A stretch of 38,934 nt of DNA from an uncultured delta proteobacterium (GCA_963769935.1 CAVYNY010000026.1:1-38934); one strand, 5' to 3'. Positions 18,597-29,163 are shown, counted from the stretch's first letter. A program made the numbers and translations. The notes: a model not told the origin generated them from the letters alone.

Positions 18597-19985
18597 TTAT
18601 TCGCTAATCAAATGTTTTATTCCCTCGATCAACCTCGGTTCACCGGCATCCTCCTGCATTACATCCAGCCTGAGCAGATTCGGTTTGTCTTCCAGCAGGT
18701 TGGATTTTTTTAGATATTTTTCAACCTCGCTGTTGTGGGAGACTTCAGTTGTATGCTCGGCAATGGTGATGCCCACCCGGTTGGCATAGGTCAGCATCTT
18801 TTTGAGCTCCGGAAGGCTCTCTTTGCCGTCCGTGTCCCAATCGTCACCATCGGTTCCGTGAAAGATATAAATATTGTAATCCCGAATCAGATTTTCTTTT
18901 TCGACGATTTCATTAACCAGCCGGTAGGCCGCCGACACCTGGGTCCCGCCGGCAACTCTCGAATTGTAGTAAGTGTAAAAGTCGGGCACCTCGCTGGCTT
19001 CGGTGTCATGCAGGATAAAGCGGGTTTCTACCTGCATGGCATACTGATACAGCAGCCAGCTGTAAATCAGCACATGCTGGGCGACCACCTGCACGGTGGA
19101 TTTACCGGCCATTGATCCTGAATAATCCCGCAGGAAAAATACCATTGCCTGGGACTCATAATCTTTTTCGCGGGACAGAATCCGGTAGACCAGATCCGCG
19201 GGCGACACCAGGAAGCGCGACGGGTCGATGTTGGCAACATCCGGAATATTGCCCAGATGGATGTTGGTTTCAGTGATTTTACGCAGGGTCGCTTTTTTGT
19301 CGAGAAACTGGCCGAAGCCACGGTGCTTATCGGTCAGGTCGTAGGTGTAGCGCGTCAGAGATTTCTTTTTACCTTTGTCTTTCAGGTTGGGAAGTTCAAA
19401 TTTTTCGGTTAGAATTTTGCCCAGATCATAGGCGTTTGACTCCATTTCATGCTGACCGCCCTCGCCTTGTCCGGGTCCGGTCCCGCCCTGCTGATCGGGG
19501 GCCCGCACCGGCTGTTCGCCGATGACCTCCCCCTCTTCGCCCTCGCCGGATCCGCCGCCGCCCTGCTCTTCCTCCGTGCGAGACGAGTTGTCATGCATAA
19601 ATTTCTCCTCGACGGTGGAGGGTACGATAACGATTTTATCTTTACCGCTTTTACCCGGCTTGATCAGACGACCCACATTGATCTTGCGTGGAAAACCATC
19701 TTTTTCCCGCTGCTTGTCGCGTTCGAGCAACTCATCTATGGAACGGATGCTGACATTGGACGTGCTCTGCATCGCGGTGATGCCCTGCAAATCCAGCAGG
19801 TCATGGTAGGCGTAGATGTTCTGAAAGGCCCTGGAAAGCGATTTCCGGCTGCCTCCAGCTGCCTCCGGCTGCGGTAGGTCATGAGAGCCCGCGTCGTTCA
19901 GCTCGGCAAGGATTCTTTGCTCCTGCTCAGGGCTGAGTCCGTCTTGTTTAAGCCGCCTATAAAGATCTAAACGTTTTGAATCCAT
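18597..19985 (-). CDS. yeaH: YeaH/YhbH (DUF444) vWA-domain protein
   Basis: Gly-rich linker GEGEEGEVIG, ELPNL, MIDAS-like DYSGSM, GGT, TDGDDW. Confidence 0.9.
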   Translation of the reverse strand: MDSKRLDLYRRLKQDGLSPEQEQRILAELNDAGSHDLPQPEAAGGSRKSLSRAFQNIYAYHDLLDLQGITAMQSTSNVSIRSIDELLERDKQREKDGFPRKINVGRLIKPGKSGKDKIVIVPSTVEEKFMHDNSSRTEEEQGGGGSGEGEEGEVIGEQPVRAPDQQGGTGPGQGEGGQHEMESNAYDLGKILTEKFELPNLKDKGKKKSLTRYTYDLTDKHRGFGQFLDKKATLRKITETNIHLGNIPDVANIDPSRFLVSPADLVYRILSREKDYESQAMVFFLRDYSGSMAGKSTVQVVAQHVLIYSWLLYQYAMQVETRFILHDTEASEVPDFYTYYNSRVAGGTQVSAAYRLVNEIVEKENLIRDYNIYIFHGTDGDDWDTDGKESLPELKKMLTYANRVGITIAEHTTEVSHNSEVEKYLKKSNLLEDKPNLLRLDVMQEDAGEPRLIEGIKHLISE

Positions 19986-20004
19986 AGTATTTTACTTCGC
20001 TCAA

Positions 20005-20152
20005 TGGCACAGGGCTAAGGGCAATGGGCAGAGGGTGTTATGCTTGTCACTTCAACGAATAGTTTGAAGTCTGTTTAATTTTCAGGCGCAATATAAACGT
20101 CGACAGCTCAGTGTTGCATTTTCTCCATGCTCTTTGCACTATGCGCTATGCG
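20005..20152. repeat. Inverted arrays of degenerate 7-mers between prkA and yeaH
   Basis: GGCACAG GGCTAAG GGCAATG GGCAGAG ... CCATGCT CTTTGCA CTATGCG CTATGCG. Confidence 0.6.
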
Positions 20153-20154
20153 AA

Positions 20155-22212
20155 TTATTTTTCGTCTTCCTGCGTACAGAAGTACTCAATGGTCTTCTGC
20201 GCACAGGTTTTGCAGTATCCCAGCTTATCGAGCATCGTGGCGATCATGCGATCGTACAGCTTTTGATTTTCTTCATTGGTTCGATTTGCCAGGGCGCCTA
20301 TGAGACTGCCGGCACCGGCAATGTCGGATTTAAGACGCACATCGGTGACGGCCTTGACCAGCTCCAGGTTGTCCATAAAATCATAATCCGGATTTACGGA
20401 TATTTTCTGACCGTAAATCTTGCGGATGGAAGTTCGAAACGACTCACGCTGTTCTTCACTCTTCAGCCCCAGGCGCTCCTCCACGCTGTTAATGTAGCGC
20501 TCATCGATCTTCAGCGCCCTCAGTTCGCCGGATTGGGGGTCTTTGTATTTCCACATTTTGTCGGGGCCCAGATTTTCAGCATCAATGCCGATGATCATGT
20601 TGACATAGCTCATTACGTCTTTGCGAATCGCAAAGGGCTCATCCATATAGGCGTTGAACATTTCGGTCATGATGCGTTCGCGATACAAGCCCTTGGCGGT
20701 TTTTAGATCATCGAGGTATTTGGTCCGGTCGTTGGCTTCAGTGACATAGTCCAAAATGATCCGTTCCAGGGACCTGAAAATGTCATAGGCAAACATGCAT
20801 TCGCCTTCGTTGGTTTCCGAGCTTTCGATCAAAAGCTGGACTGCCCGTCCGAGATTGCGCTGGCCCAACCCCTTTTGGCCGAAGCGGTTGATAATTTCCG
20901 GATCCTGATTGAGTATGTCAATGACCTCGGCCAGGGTTTTGATGCTCTTTTCACCGGCCACTTCCCCGGCCGATAATTTCATGGTTTCCACCGGTGTCAG
21001 TTTTTCGGAGCGGGGTAAACGGGACAAAACAACGGCAATGGATGCGGCATAATTCAAATTCGGATCCTGATGCAGAATCTCTCTGGTCAGCGTGGTTCGG
21101 GTTTCGCTGCCGATGGCATAATTGGTGAGCTCCTTCTGAAGTTTGTAATTGGTATTGTGCGACACGTAGCAAATTCGACAACGGTCGACGATAGGCGCTT
21201 CCTCCTTTTCGGACAGAAAACGGTGAAATTCAGAATTGTTGCTGGTGGCGACGATCAGGGTGTCGATGGGCCATTTGTAGCCGTCGATTTCGATATTGCG
21301 GTTCTGGATGACGCCTAAATAGACCTGGACCAGATCTTTTTTGTTTTTATATATCTCGTCACTGAAATGAATACCGCCGCCGGCCACCCGGGCCAGGGCC
21401 CCCCGTCTCAGATCAAAGCGATAGGGGTTGTTGGTGTCGGTGATGTGCAGCAGGCGCTGGATCGATTCCTCTCCGAGCAGGTCCACCGAGGAGGAGGTAA
21501 TTTTATCTTTTGCCGGATATTTGCCGGTTACGGTGCCCAGACTTTCGGTCAGCGGCACGGGCGTGATTTCGATGAACTTGAGCACTTCATCGATCGCTCC
21601 ATCAGTATAAGCTTTGTAATCATTCAATATATAACTGCTGCAGGCACCCAGGGGACGATAGTTCTCATAGAGGGTATCAATTTCTTTGTCTGAAAAGCCG
21701 ATTTGTTGGGCCAGATATTCTTTGTTTTTTTCAGGATCGTCAAACAGATTCATGGCCAGAATCAGCGGATCTTCATAGGTCTGCGATTCAATGGTGGTAA
21801 TCCTGCCGTAATTGCCCAGTTTATCAAGATGTAGATACTTGAACGTATATTTGCGGTTTTTGTCATGGGATAGAAAGGCGCGATATTTAGCTGCCAGAAA
21901 TTCGACCAGGAAGGTCTTGCCGTTTCCCGGTTCACCCACCAGCACGAAAGCCATTTCTTTGGATGATCCTCCCTCGGCGGCATCTTTGACATAGGAGACA
22001 AAACTGTTGATTTCATCATACATGCCGATCACGTGCTTGGATCCTTCGCGGAAGATACTGAAATCATAAGTTGTTTTGCCGTTTACCACCACTTTTTCGA
22101 TCTTGTTTTCCAGAATCATGCGCGACACGCCTTGAAACGCATTCTCAAAGCAGCGATTGCCATGCTTGACTTCAGTCAGATGATGGTGGAGTGTTTTTAA
22201 ATTATCAGACAT
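20155..22212 (-). CDS. prkA: PrkA/YeaG-family AAA+ ATPase / serine kinase
   Basis: Walker A GEPGNGKT, Walker B IHFSDE, C-terminal LGYCKTCA; GGAGG RBS before ATG 22212. Confidence 0.9.
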   Translation of the reverse strand: MSDNLKTLHHHLTEVKHGNRCFENAFQGVSRMILENKIEKVVVNGKTTYDFSIFREGSKHVIGMYDEINSFVSYVKDAAEGGSSKEMAFVLVGEPGNGKTFLVEFLAAKYRAFLSHDKNRKYTFKYLHLDKLGNYGRITTIESQTYEDPLILAMNLFDDPEKNKEYLAQQIGFSDKEIDTLYENYRPLGACSSYILNDYKAYTDGAIDEVLKFIEITPVPLTESLGTVTGKYPAKDKITSSSVDLLGEESIQRLLHITDTNNPYRFDLRRGALARVAGGGIHFSDEIYKNKKDLVQVYLGVIQNRNIEIDGYKWPIDTLIVATSNNSEFHRFLSEKEEAPIVDRCRICYVSHNTNYKLQKELTNYAIGSETRTTLTREILHQDPNLNYAASIAVVLSRLPRSEKLTPVETMKLSAGEVAGEKSIKTLAEVIDILNQDPEIINRFGQKGLGQRNLGRAVQLLIESSETNEGECMFAYDIFRSLERIILDYVTEANDRTKYLDDLKTAKGLYRERIMTEMFNAYMDEPFAIRKDVMSYVNMIIGIDAENLGPDKMWKYKDPQSGELRALKIDERYINSVEERLGLKSEEQRESFRTSIRKIYGQKISVNPDYDFMDNLELVKAVTDVRLKSDIAGAGSLIGALANRTNEENQKLYDRMIATMLDKLGYCKTCAQKTIEYFCTQEDEK

Positions 22213-22778
22213 TTTTCCTCCATTAGAAATGTTGGTTGAGTCGTTTTCCGGCAGCTCCCGCTTGGCAAGGGGATCAGTCAGAATGTTGTATTTTCCCAAA
22301 TGCAGTTGTTCCGCGTTTTTTCAGGCGCACGATTCTTTGGAGACGCTGTTTCGGCTCTCGAGTGGGAAGTCCCGGCGGGAAACCGAAAAAATCCCCACAA
22401 TCGCAACTGTCGGAACTGGATTGATCCCGCCGCCGCCTTATAATAAAAGCGTAAGCATCTTACCCATTCGGTCAACCAATAACTCATAAAAAGATTTACA
22501 GATTATCGATTTTTTGACATTAAAATGACGGTTTTTATGTCGCTCGCAAGAATTTTGGAAAGGATTTCGAATTTTAAAATCAATTAAATTCCAGATGGGC
22601 GGGTGAAATTTTCAAAGAACTAAAGTCGTTGATGCTTAAATATCGTTTGATTCCGGAAGCTTATCAGGTGTGGTCAGATCGAGTGCAACGCTTTGCCAGG
22701 TGAATTGTCGGTCAGCAGAGAATTTTATTACAAGCTTGTAGCTTTAAAGATGCAAAATTGATACCATGGATATCAGCT

Positions 22779-23501
22779 ATGAAGCTTTGGAAACGTGCGG
22801 GGTTCTGGGCGTTCGGATGGCTATCAAAAGCCGTGGCCACTTTGTGGCTGAGCACCTGTCGGATTTCTGAATTCGGCCGTGAGATCGAAGAAGAATATAT
22901 TGAACGGAATCCGGATAAAGGGGTCCTATATGCCAGCTGGCATCGAGGGCTGTTTTTTGTCATATACTGGTACCGCCATCAGAATGTTGTGTCCATCGCC
23001 AGTGCCAGCGAAGATGGCGAACTGGCCGCGCAGGCCGCGAAACGCTTCGGATGGATTACTGCCAGGGGGTCCTCATCGCGAGGCGGGCGGCAGGCGTACC
23101 GGGAAATGGAAGCGCTCATTCGCCGGGGCCACAAAGGCGGACTGGTGGCCGATGCTCCCCGCGGGCCGCGATTCGTATCTAAATTGGGCATTATTTATTT
23201 GGCCCGGCGAACCGGGATTCCGATCATTCCGGTCATATGGAGTGCCGACCGGTTCTGGAAGCTGCGCAGCTGGGACCGGACCATCATCCCCAAGCCGTTT
23301 GCCCGCATCGTGGCCATTTTTGCCGATACGGTTATTCAGGTACCGGCCGATGCCTCCCGTGAAGCCTGTGAGCAATATCGCCGGCAACTCGACCATGAGC
23401 TCAATCGGATTATGTACCAGGCGGACCATTTTTTTAAAATTTCCACCGCAACCGATCCACGGCAAATCGAAGTGCCGGAGCCTGTGCCGTTGCCCGAGTA
23501 A
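22779..23501 (+). CDS. DUF374 / lysophospholipid acyltransferase-family protein
   Basis: ASWH, SASEDGEL, RGSSSRGG, DAPRGP, SWDRTIIPKPF; start uncertain (22758 or 22779). Confidence 0.88.
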   Translation: MKLWKRAGFWAFGWLSKAVATLWLSTCRISEFGREIEEEYIERNPDKGVLYASWHRGLFFVIYWYRHQNVVSIASASEDGELAAQAAKRFGWITARGSSSRGGRQAYREMEALIRRGHKGGLVADAPRGPRFVSKLGIIYLARRTGIPIIPVIWSADRFWKLRSWDRTIIPKPFARIVAIFADTVIQVPADASREACEQYRRQLDHELNRIMYQADHFFKISTATDPRQIEVPEPVPLPE

Positions 23502-23630
23502 TTAATCCGCCCTTAAAAACAGCGATTTCAGGTTCCTAAAATATTACTTAAAATTGACAATTGTAACCAATAACGCCTAATTGAGCTTTTATCGCTGGTA
23601 CTCTCAATTAGGGTGAGAGCGAGGACGATC

Positions 23631-25058
23631 ATGAACAAGGAAATTGCGGCGATTATCGCCGGTGCGAATACGCAGGATTGGAAACAAATTAAAGTGGATT
23701 TTGGAGATGATTTTCTGGACCTAAAGGTGCCTGAGAATTGTGAGATTCTGACCATGCCTTCCATGCCCTGTTTGGTCGACTCGGGTGAGGCCATAACCAG
23801 GGCTTTGAATCAACCGATTGGTTCAGCGACCATATCCGAAATTATTCATTCAAAAGAAAAGCCGGCTGACAAACTAACGGTTTGCATTACGGTATCGGAT
23901 ATAACCCGACCGGCGCCCTATAAGGGGGAAAACGGCCTGTTGCTGCCCCTGCTCAGGCTCATCGAGGATGCCGGCGTCAAAAAAGAGAATTTAGTGATTG
24001 TGATCGGCAACGGGATGCATCGTCACAGCACCGTGGAGGAGCGCATTCACATGTACGGCCGGCAGGTGGTGGACAATTATCGGATTGTGGATCATGATTG
24101 CGAGGATGACGATTCCATGGTCCTGGCTGCTCAAACCAAAAGGGGGACCCAGGTCCATCTGAACAAAATTTTTTATGAATCGGACGTTAAAATCATTACG
24201 GGACTTGTTGAAAGTCATTTCATGGCCGGCATTTCCGGCGGAAGAAAAGCCGTTTGCCCGGCTCTGGTTAATGCCCGGACCATTCAGTTTTTTCACAGTG
24301 TCCGTGTTCTTGAAGATCCCAAGGCAACCAACCTGATCCTGGACGGAAACCCCTGTCATGAGGAGGCCCTTGAGGTTGCGCAAACCGTGGGAATAGACTT
24401 TTTGGTCAATGTTACCCTCGACAAGCGGCTGTGCCTGACCGGTGTATTTGCGGGCGCGCTGGAAAAGGCCCACCTGGCAGCCTATGAAGCCATGAAAAAG
24501 TCGGTTTTGATTCAGATTGAGCGGCCTTTTGATGTTGTGCTGACCCACGCCGGATACGTCGGGCGCAATCATTATCAGGCCGTGAAAGCGGCCGTCAATG
24601 CCATGCCCGCCGTCAAAGACCAGGGCCTGATCGTGATGCTGGCCAACAACGTGGATGTGGAGCCCATCGGCTCGCAGGAATACAAAACCTTTCTGCATCT
24701 TTTTAAAATCTTAGGACCCGACGGTTACAACAACGTCCTGGAGCACCCCGACTGGATTTTCACCAAAGATCAATGGGAACCTGAAATGTGGGGCAAGCCC
24801 TATCGGAAGGTCGGCATGGATGGTTTGATCTACTGCTCTCCGCAAATTCCAAAGGCCCATTATGACATTATTCCGGGACTCGGCGGCTATGACGTTATCG
24901 AGGATGGCGTCAATTTTGCTTCAGAACGGGAAAAAGCATCAGCCATGCTGCAAAATTCGGTTATCTATGCCGTGAACCATCCCAGATTTAAGGGCCGAAA
25001 ACCGACGATTGCCTACATCGAGGAAGGCCCCTATGCGGTGCCGATGGCCAGCGAATAA
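23631..25058 (+). CDS. larA: LarA-family nickel-pincer-dependent racemase/epimerase (DUF2088)
   Basis: SDITRP, GMHR, HFMAGISGGRK, FFH, YQAVK match LarA catalytic motifs; GAGGA RBS. Confidence 0.85.
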   Translation: MNKEIAAIIAGANTQDWKQIKVDFGDDFLDLKVPENCEILTMPSMPCLVDSGEAITRALNQPIGSATISEIIHSKEKPADKLTVCITVSDITRPAPYKGENGLLLPLLRLIEDAGVKKENLVIVIGNGMHRHSTVEERIHMYGRQVVDNYRIVDHDCEDDDSMVLAAQTKRGTQVHLNKIFYESDVKIITGLVESHFMAGISGGRKAVCPALVNARTIQFFHSVRVLEDPKATNLILDGNPCHEEALEVAQTVGIDFLVNVTLDKRLCLTGVFAGALEKAHLAAYEAMKKSVLIQIERPFDVVLTHAGYVGRNHYQAVKAAVNAMPAVKDQGLIVMLANNVDVEPIGSQEYKTFLHLFKILGPDGYNNVLEHPDWIFTKDQWEPEMWGKPYRKVGMDGLIYCSPQIPKAHYDIIPGLGGYDVIEDGVNFASEREKASAMLQNSVIYAVNHPRFKGRKPTIAYIEEGPYAVPMASE

Positions 25059-25080
25059 GGTTTTTTTCCAACCCTGGAAA

Positions 25081-25430
25081 CCTGGTCCTCCGGGCCAGGG
25101 CCAGAGGAGATTGGCTTTGCCGTGAATCCCGCTTGCGGCGGGATGGAGTGATGGCCGGCCCTGGTGCGGCGTACTGAGAATTTAAAGCCCGTTTGTCCTG
25201 GTTAGAAAAAAAATAGCTAAAATTGGGTTTATGTTAAAAACGGTCTGGGCCAGGGAATATTGGAATGCTGAAGACCCGCGTTTGGCGGATTGAGAGTTGT
25301 TTTTATATGCCTAGCACGAATCAAAAAATAAAATGAGACCATCATCCGCTTTTGATTCCCCATATTCCAGTATTCCACCATTCCATTATTCCATAGGTTA
25401 TCGGACGGTCAAAACCACCCCTCTGGGTGA
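25081..25430. repeat. Composite intergenic repeat region (short GC hairpins plus inverted 8-mer arrays)
   Basis: CCTGGTCC-TCC-GGGCCAGG and ATCCCGC-TTGCG-GCGGGAT hairpins; GGAATATT GGAATGCT against ATATTCCA GTATTCCA CCATTCCA TTATTCCA. Confidence 0.6.
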
Positions 25431-25575
25431 TGTCAAATTCCGCCTGAAAATTCAAAAATTAAGGTTTCCGAAAAATTACCGATATCCTGGTTGAGAAACC
25501 GAAATAGCGCCTTATCTTCTTTTTCACTTTTGAGAAAAAACCATTGCCAATTCATTATTTGCAATCGGGAGAAAA

Positions 25576-26373
25576 ATGAACGCGATTGTTGTCAGCGACC
25601 TGCATATCGGTTCCCGCTACTTTAAATTCGGCCCATTTGAGCGCTTTCTTAAAGCACTGCCGGCAGATCATGAACTGATCATGAACGGGGACATCATCGA
25701 TTCGCCATACGTGCACATGGATTCTTCGGATCAAAGAATCCTTGATCTGATCGAAGATATTTCCTTTCGGCAGAAAGTGGTTTGGATACGGGGCAATCAT
25801 GACAATGGGTATGTGCCGCAAAATTTTGGAAATACCATTTTTAAATCTTCCCATAGCATCGGCCGCCGACTTTTAATTACCCACGGCGACGGCTTCGATG
25901 ACATCATGCGCCGCAGCCGCCTGTTTATAAAAGCATTCCATCTGATGCACAATTTGAGGGTCAAATTGGGCGCCAAGCCGGTGCACGTGGCGGAATACGC
26001 CAAGAAATGGAAATCTTTTTACCGCGTGCTGCGAAAAAATGTCGCCTTAAATGCCATAAACTGTGCTGCAGAAAGGGGTTTTGAAGCGGTTACCTGCGGC
26101 CATACCCACTATCCGGAAGATCTTGAGTTAAATGGCGTCCGATACATTAATACGGGTGCCTGGACCGAGTTTCCCGCCTATTATCTTCATACAACTGCCG
26201 ATGGAATGGTTTTAAAACGGGTGGCTCCATCCAGTGAGTCTTATCGCTTAGAACGCACACGATCCAATCGGACTCAACCGGCACCGGCAATCCAATTTGC
26301 GCATGCCAACCATCCTCCTGTGGACTGCAACACGCTGAAAAACCCCAAATCTCAAGCACCAAATTACAAATAA
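25576..26373 (+). CDS. Calcineurin-like metallophosphoesterase, LpxH (UDP-2,3-diacylglucosamine diphosphatase)-like
   Basis: SDLH, GDIID, GNHD, HGD, GHTH, YINTGAW; GGAG RBS. Confidence 0.88.
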   Translation: MNAIVVSDLHIGSRYFKFGPFERFLKALPADHELIMNGDIIDSPYVHMDSSDQRILDLIEDISFRQKVVWIRGNHDNGYVPQNFGNTIFKSSHSIGRRLLITHGDGFDDIMRRSRLFIKAFHLMHNLRVKLGAKPVHVAEYAKKWKSFYRVLRKNVALNAINCAAERGFEAVTCGHTHYPEDLELNGVRYINTGAWTEFPAYYLHTTADGMVLKRVAPSSESYRLERTRSNRTQPAPAIQFAHANHPPVDCNTLKNPKSQAPNYK

Positions 26374-26555
26374 ATCTCAAATCACAATATTTAATGACCC
26401 AAACATTCGAAACCGTTTGAACCGATCAATTTGCAGAGCTTAACCCACAGGTCATGCAGCGTTTGGGTAAGCAGGATGACAGATTATTTGTTTTGAATTT
26501 TGAATTTAGGTCATTGAGATTTATTTGGGATTTGGTTTTTGGTGCTTGGAATTTT
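26338..26555. repeat. Family-2 long inverted repeat, second copy, with about 85-nt spacer
   Basis: CAAGCACCAAATTACAAATAAATCTCAA...AATGACCCAAAC / ...TTTAGGTCATTGAGATTTATTTGGGATTTGGTTTTTGGTGCTTGGAATTTT; between convergent genes. Confidence 0.8.
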
Positions 26556-26611
26556 AATGCATTAAGCAGCAATTGCATTGGAATCATTCGACAATCATTT
26601 ATAAATAGCGG

Positions 26612-29163
26612 CTATTGGCCCCTGGTATTCTTGCGCACCAGCATCAGGGTATTGCCGGTGACGCTCAAACTGCTCAGCAGCATGGCCGTCACCGCTACCA
26701 GGGGATTCAGCAGGCCGCTCATGGCGATGGGGATGCTGACGGCATTGTAGATGCAGGTAAAGGCAAGGTTCTGATAGATTTTTTTGTTTACCTGTTTGGC
26801 AAAATCCAAAAATTCGATTATTTGGGAAGGCCTACCCCGCATCAGGGTGATGTCGGCGGCTTCTTTGCTAAGCTGTCCGCCGGAATGGACGGCAATGGAT
26901 AGATCCGCCTGAACCAGCGCCGGCGCATCATTAATCCCGTCGCCCACCATGGCTACACACTGTCCCTGCTGCTGCAAATCGCGAATAAAGTCTGATTTAT
27001 CCTGGGGCAGCCGGCCGCCAAGGGCCTGTTGGATTCCGATGCGGGCGGCAACGGCGCTGGTGGTTTGGGATCCATCGCCGGACACCAGCGCCAGGTGAAA
27101 TCCGCGGTCGCGCAAATTTTTTATGGTCGCCGCGGCATCCGGGCGCAAGCTGTCGCCAAAGACAAAAATCGCAGCCAGCCGGCCGTCAATTCCCAGATAC
27201 ACCAAAGAATGCTCGGCCGACCCGTCGATCTCCTTTGCGATTGGCCAGGGCATTTGGGGCTTGCAATTCCTTGATCAGAAACTCGGCCGAGCCGATTTTT
27301 AGGGTTTGCCCGTTAAAATTTGCCCTGAATTCCCTTTTCATTCGTCCCGGATGCTTTGTCATAGGGACCGGCTGAACTCTTTTATGTTCTCGCCTGCCTG
27401 AGAATTTCAACGGCGATGAAATGATCGCAATCATTTTCCAGGCCGGCGGCCAAGGCCAGGGCTTCATCTTCGCTGAGCGACTCATCGCAAATGATATTTG
27501 ATCAGATTCCACTGCCCCACGGTGACGGTGCCGGTTTTATCGAATACAAAGGCCGTGGCTCTCTCAGCCTGTTCGAAGGCTTGAAAATCTCGCACCAGGA
27601 GACCCTTTTTGCCGGCGATGGAGATGCCGGCCACCCGGGCCAGCGGTATGGCGATGCCCAGGGCACACGGACAGGATATAACCAGAACCGTGACGGCCCG
27701 CAGCACTGCCGCTTCCAGCGGAATTCCCGCCAGCAGGCAGACCAACGCCGTGCCGGCCGCCAGGGCCATGATGATCGGGACGAACCATTGTAAAATAACA
27801 TCCGTTTTGCCTTCCAGCGGCGTTTTGGTCATCAGGGTCTTTTCGATGATGGCGATCATCTGACCCAGGGTTGAGCTGCGCGCCGACCTTTTGCGCGCTT
27901 ACGATAAACGATCCCCTTATGACCCGGGTGCCGCTGCGCAACAGTATCGCCCGGTTTCTTTTTAAGCGGCAGCGGCTCGCCGGTTAGGGAAGATTCATCC
28001 ACTGAACCGGTGCCGCTTAAAATTCTGCCGTCGGCGGGAATGATTTCATTTTCATCGATTCGAAATATATCGTTTTCAGAGAGATGGTCGGCGCTCACAT
28101 AGCGTCCGGTCGGGATATTCAGCCGTGCAGATTCGTACTTTGGAGGGTCTTAAAGCGAAAAAGCTTTCCAGGCTTTGCAGCACTTTACCTTTGGCGCTGC
28201 GTTCCAGCGTTTTGCCGAGCAGCACAAGGGTAATCAGCATGGCGGCGGTATCGTAATAAATGTGAATGCTGCCGGCAAAAAGGTTTACCGTGCTGTAAAT
28301 ATAGGCGCTTAAGGCCCCTATGGTAATCAGGGTTTCCATGCTGAAGGCGGCATTGGTAAGGCCGGACCATGCTTTTTTAAATAACTCGAAACCGCCGTAG
28401 ACGACCACAATGCTTGCCATGATAAAAGCCGGCCAGGAGAGCTTATTAATCGTATCCCGACTGAATCCGGGTAAAAAACCCCGAATAAAGGGCATAGGAG
28501 AGCATCATGATGTTCATCGTCAGAAAGGCTGAAATGGCGAACCGCATAAATTCCCTGCGTCTTTCGGCGGCATCCTGAGATTCATCGGGTTCCGCCGCCC
28601 GGTAGCCGAGTTTTTTAACGGCCTCGATAATTCGATCGGGTGAGGTTTGAACGGGGTTAAAGGAAATATGAAGGCGATCGGTTGAAAAATTGCAGGTGGC
28701 ATCGATGACACCGGGCGTTCTGTTAAGACTTTCATCGATCAGCCAGGCGCATGCCGGACACCACATATTGCTGACCTTCAGATCCAGGCTCAACGCCGCA
28801 TTTGTCGATAGCGACGGCCCGGCGGCGGATTCAAGCCTTCCATCCGTTTTCGCCGGGATTTCCTTCGAATCGACGTGAAAATCATCTTCTGCTAAATCGG
28901 CTTCCGTTCGAGGAATAATGCCGGCTTTCCGGCACTGCTTGAATAGATCCGATTCCCGGAATTTAGCGGGGTCGCCCGAATCGGTGGCTTCCATCAGGAT
29001 AGCTAAACACCTGACGGCATCCGATGCAGCAGAATCGGTAGGTTGATCCGGAAAATTTCGCTTCGAACCGGCCGGCACGCAGCGAAAGACCGCATAAATC
29101 GCACGTGTTTAAAATACGGCGGGAGATATCTAAATTATTGTGGTTTATCTTACTGCTGGACAT
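26612..29163 (-). CDS. ccoI: P1B-type Cu-translocating ATPase of CcoI/FixI type, broken into 7 or more frames by single-base insertions
   Basis: CDLC...FCCIGC N-domain, HMA MWCPACAWLI, DESSLTGE, ISCPCALG, DKTGT, GDGINDAPAL, YN and MLLSS, all in order across the fragments. Confidence 0.88.

Noticed and set aside
22685..22698. Sigma54 promoter for the prkA operon (TGGCAAAGCGTTGC on the minus strand)
   Set aside because: GG-to-GC spacing is 9 nt rather than the required 10, and it is about 470 nt from the start.
22879..23505. 208-aa same-strand overlapping ORF within the DUF374 gene
   Set aside because: Arg/Pro/Gly-rich off-frame translation with no RBS; the DUF374 frame is complete.
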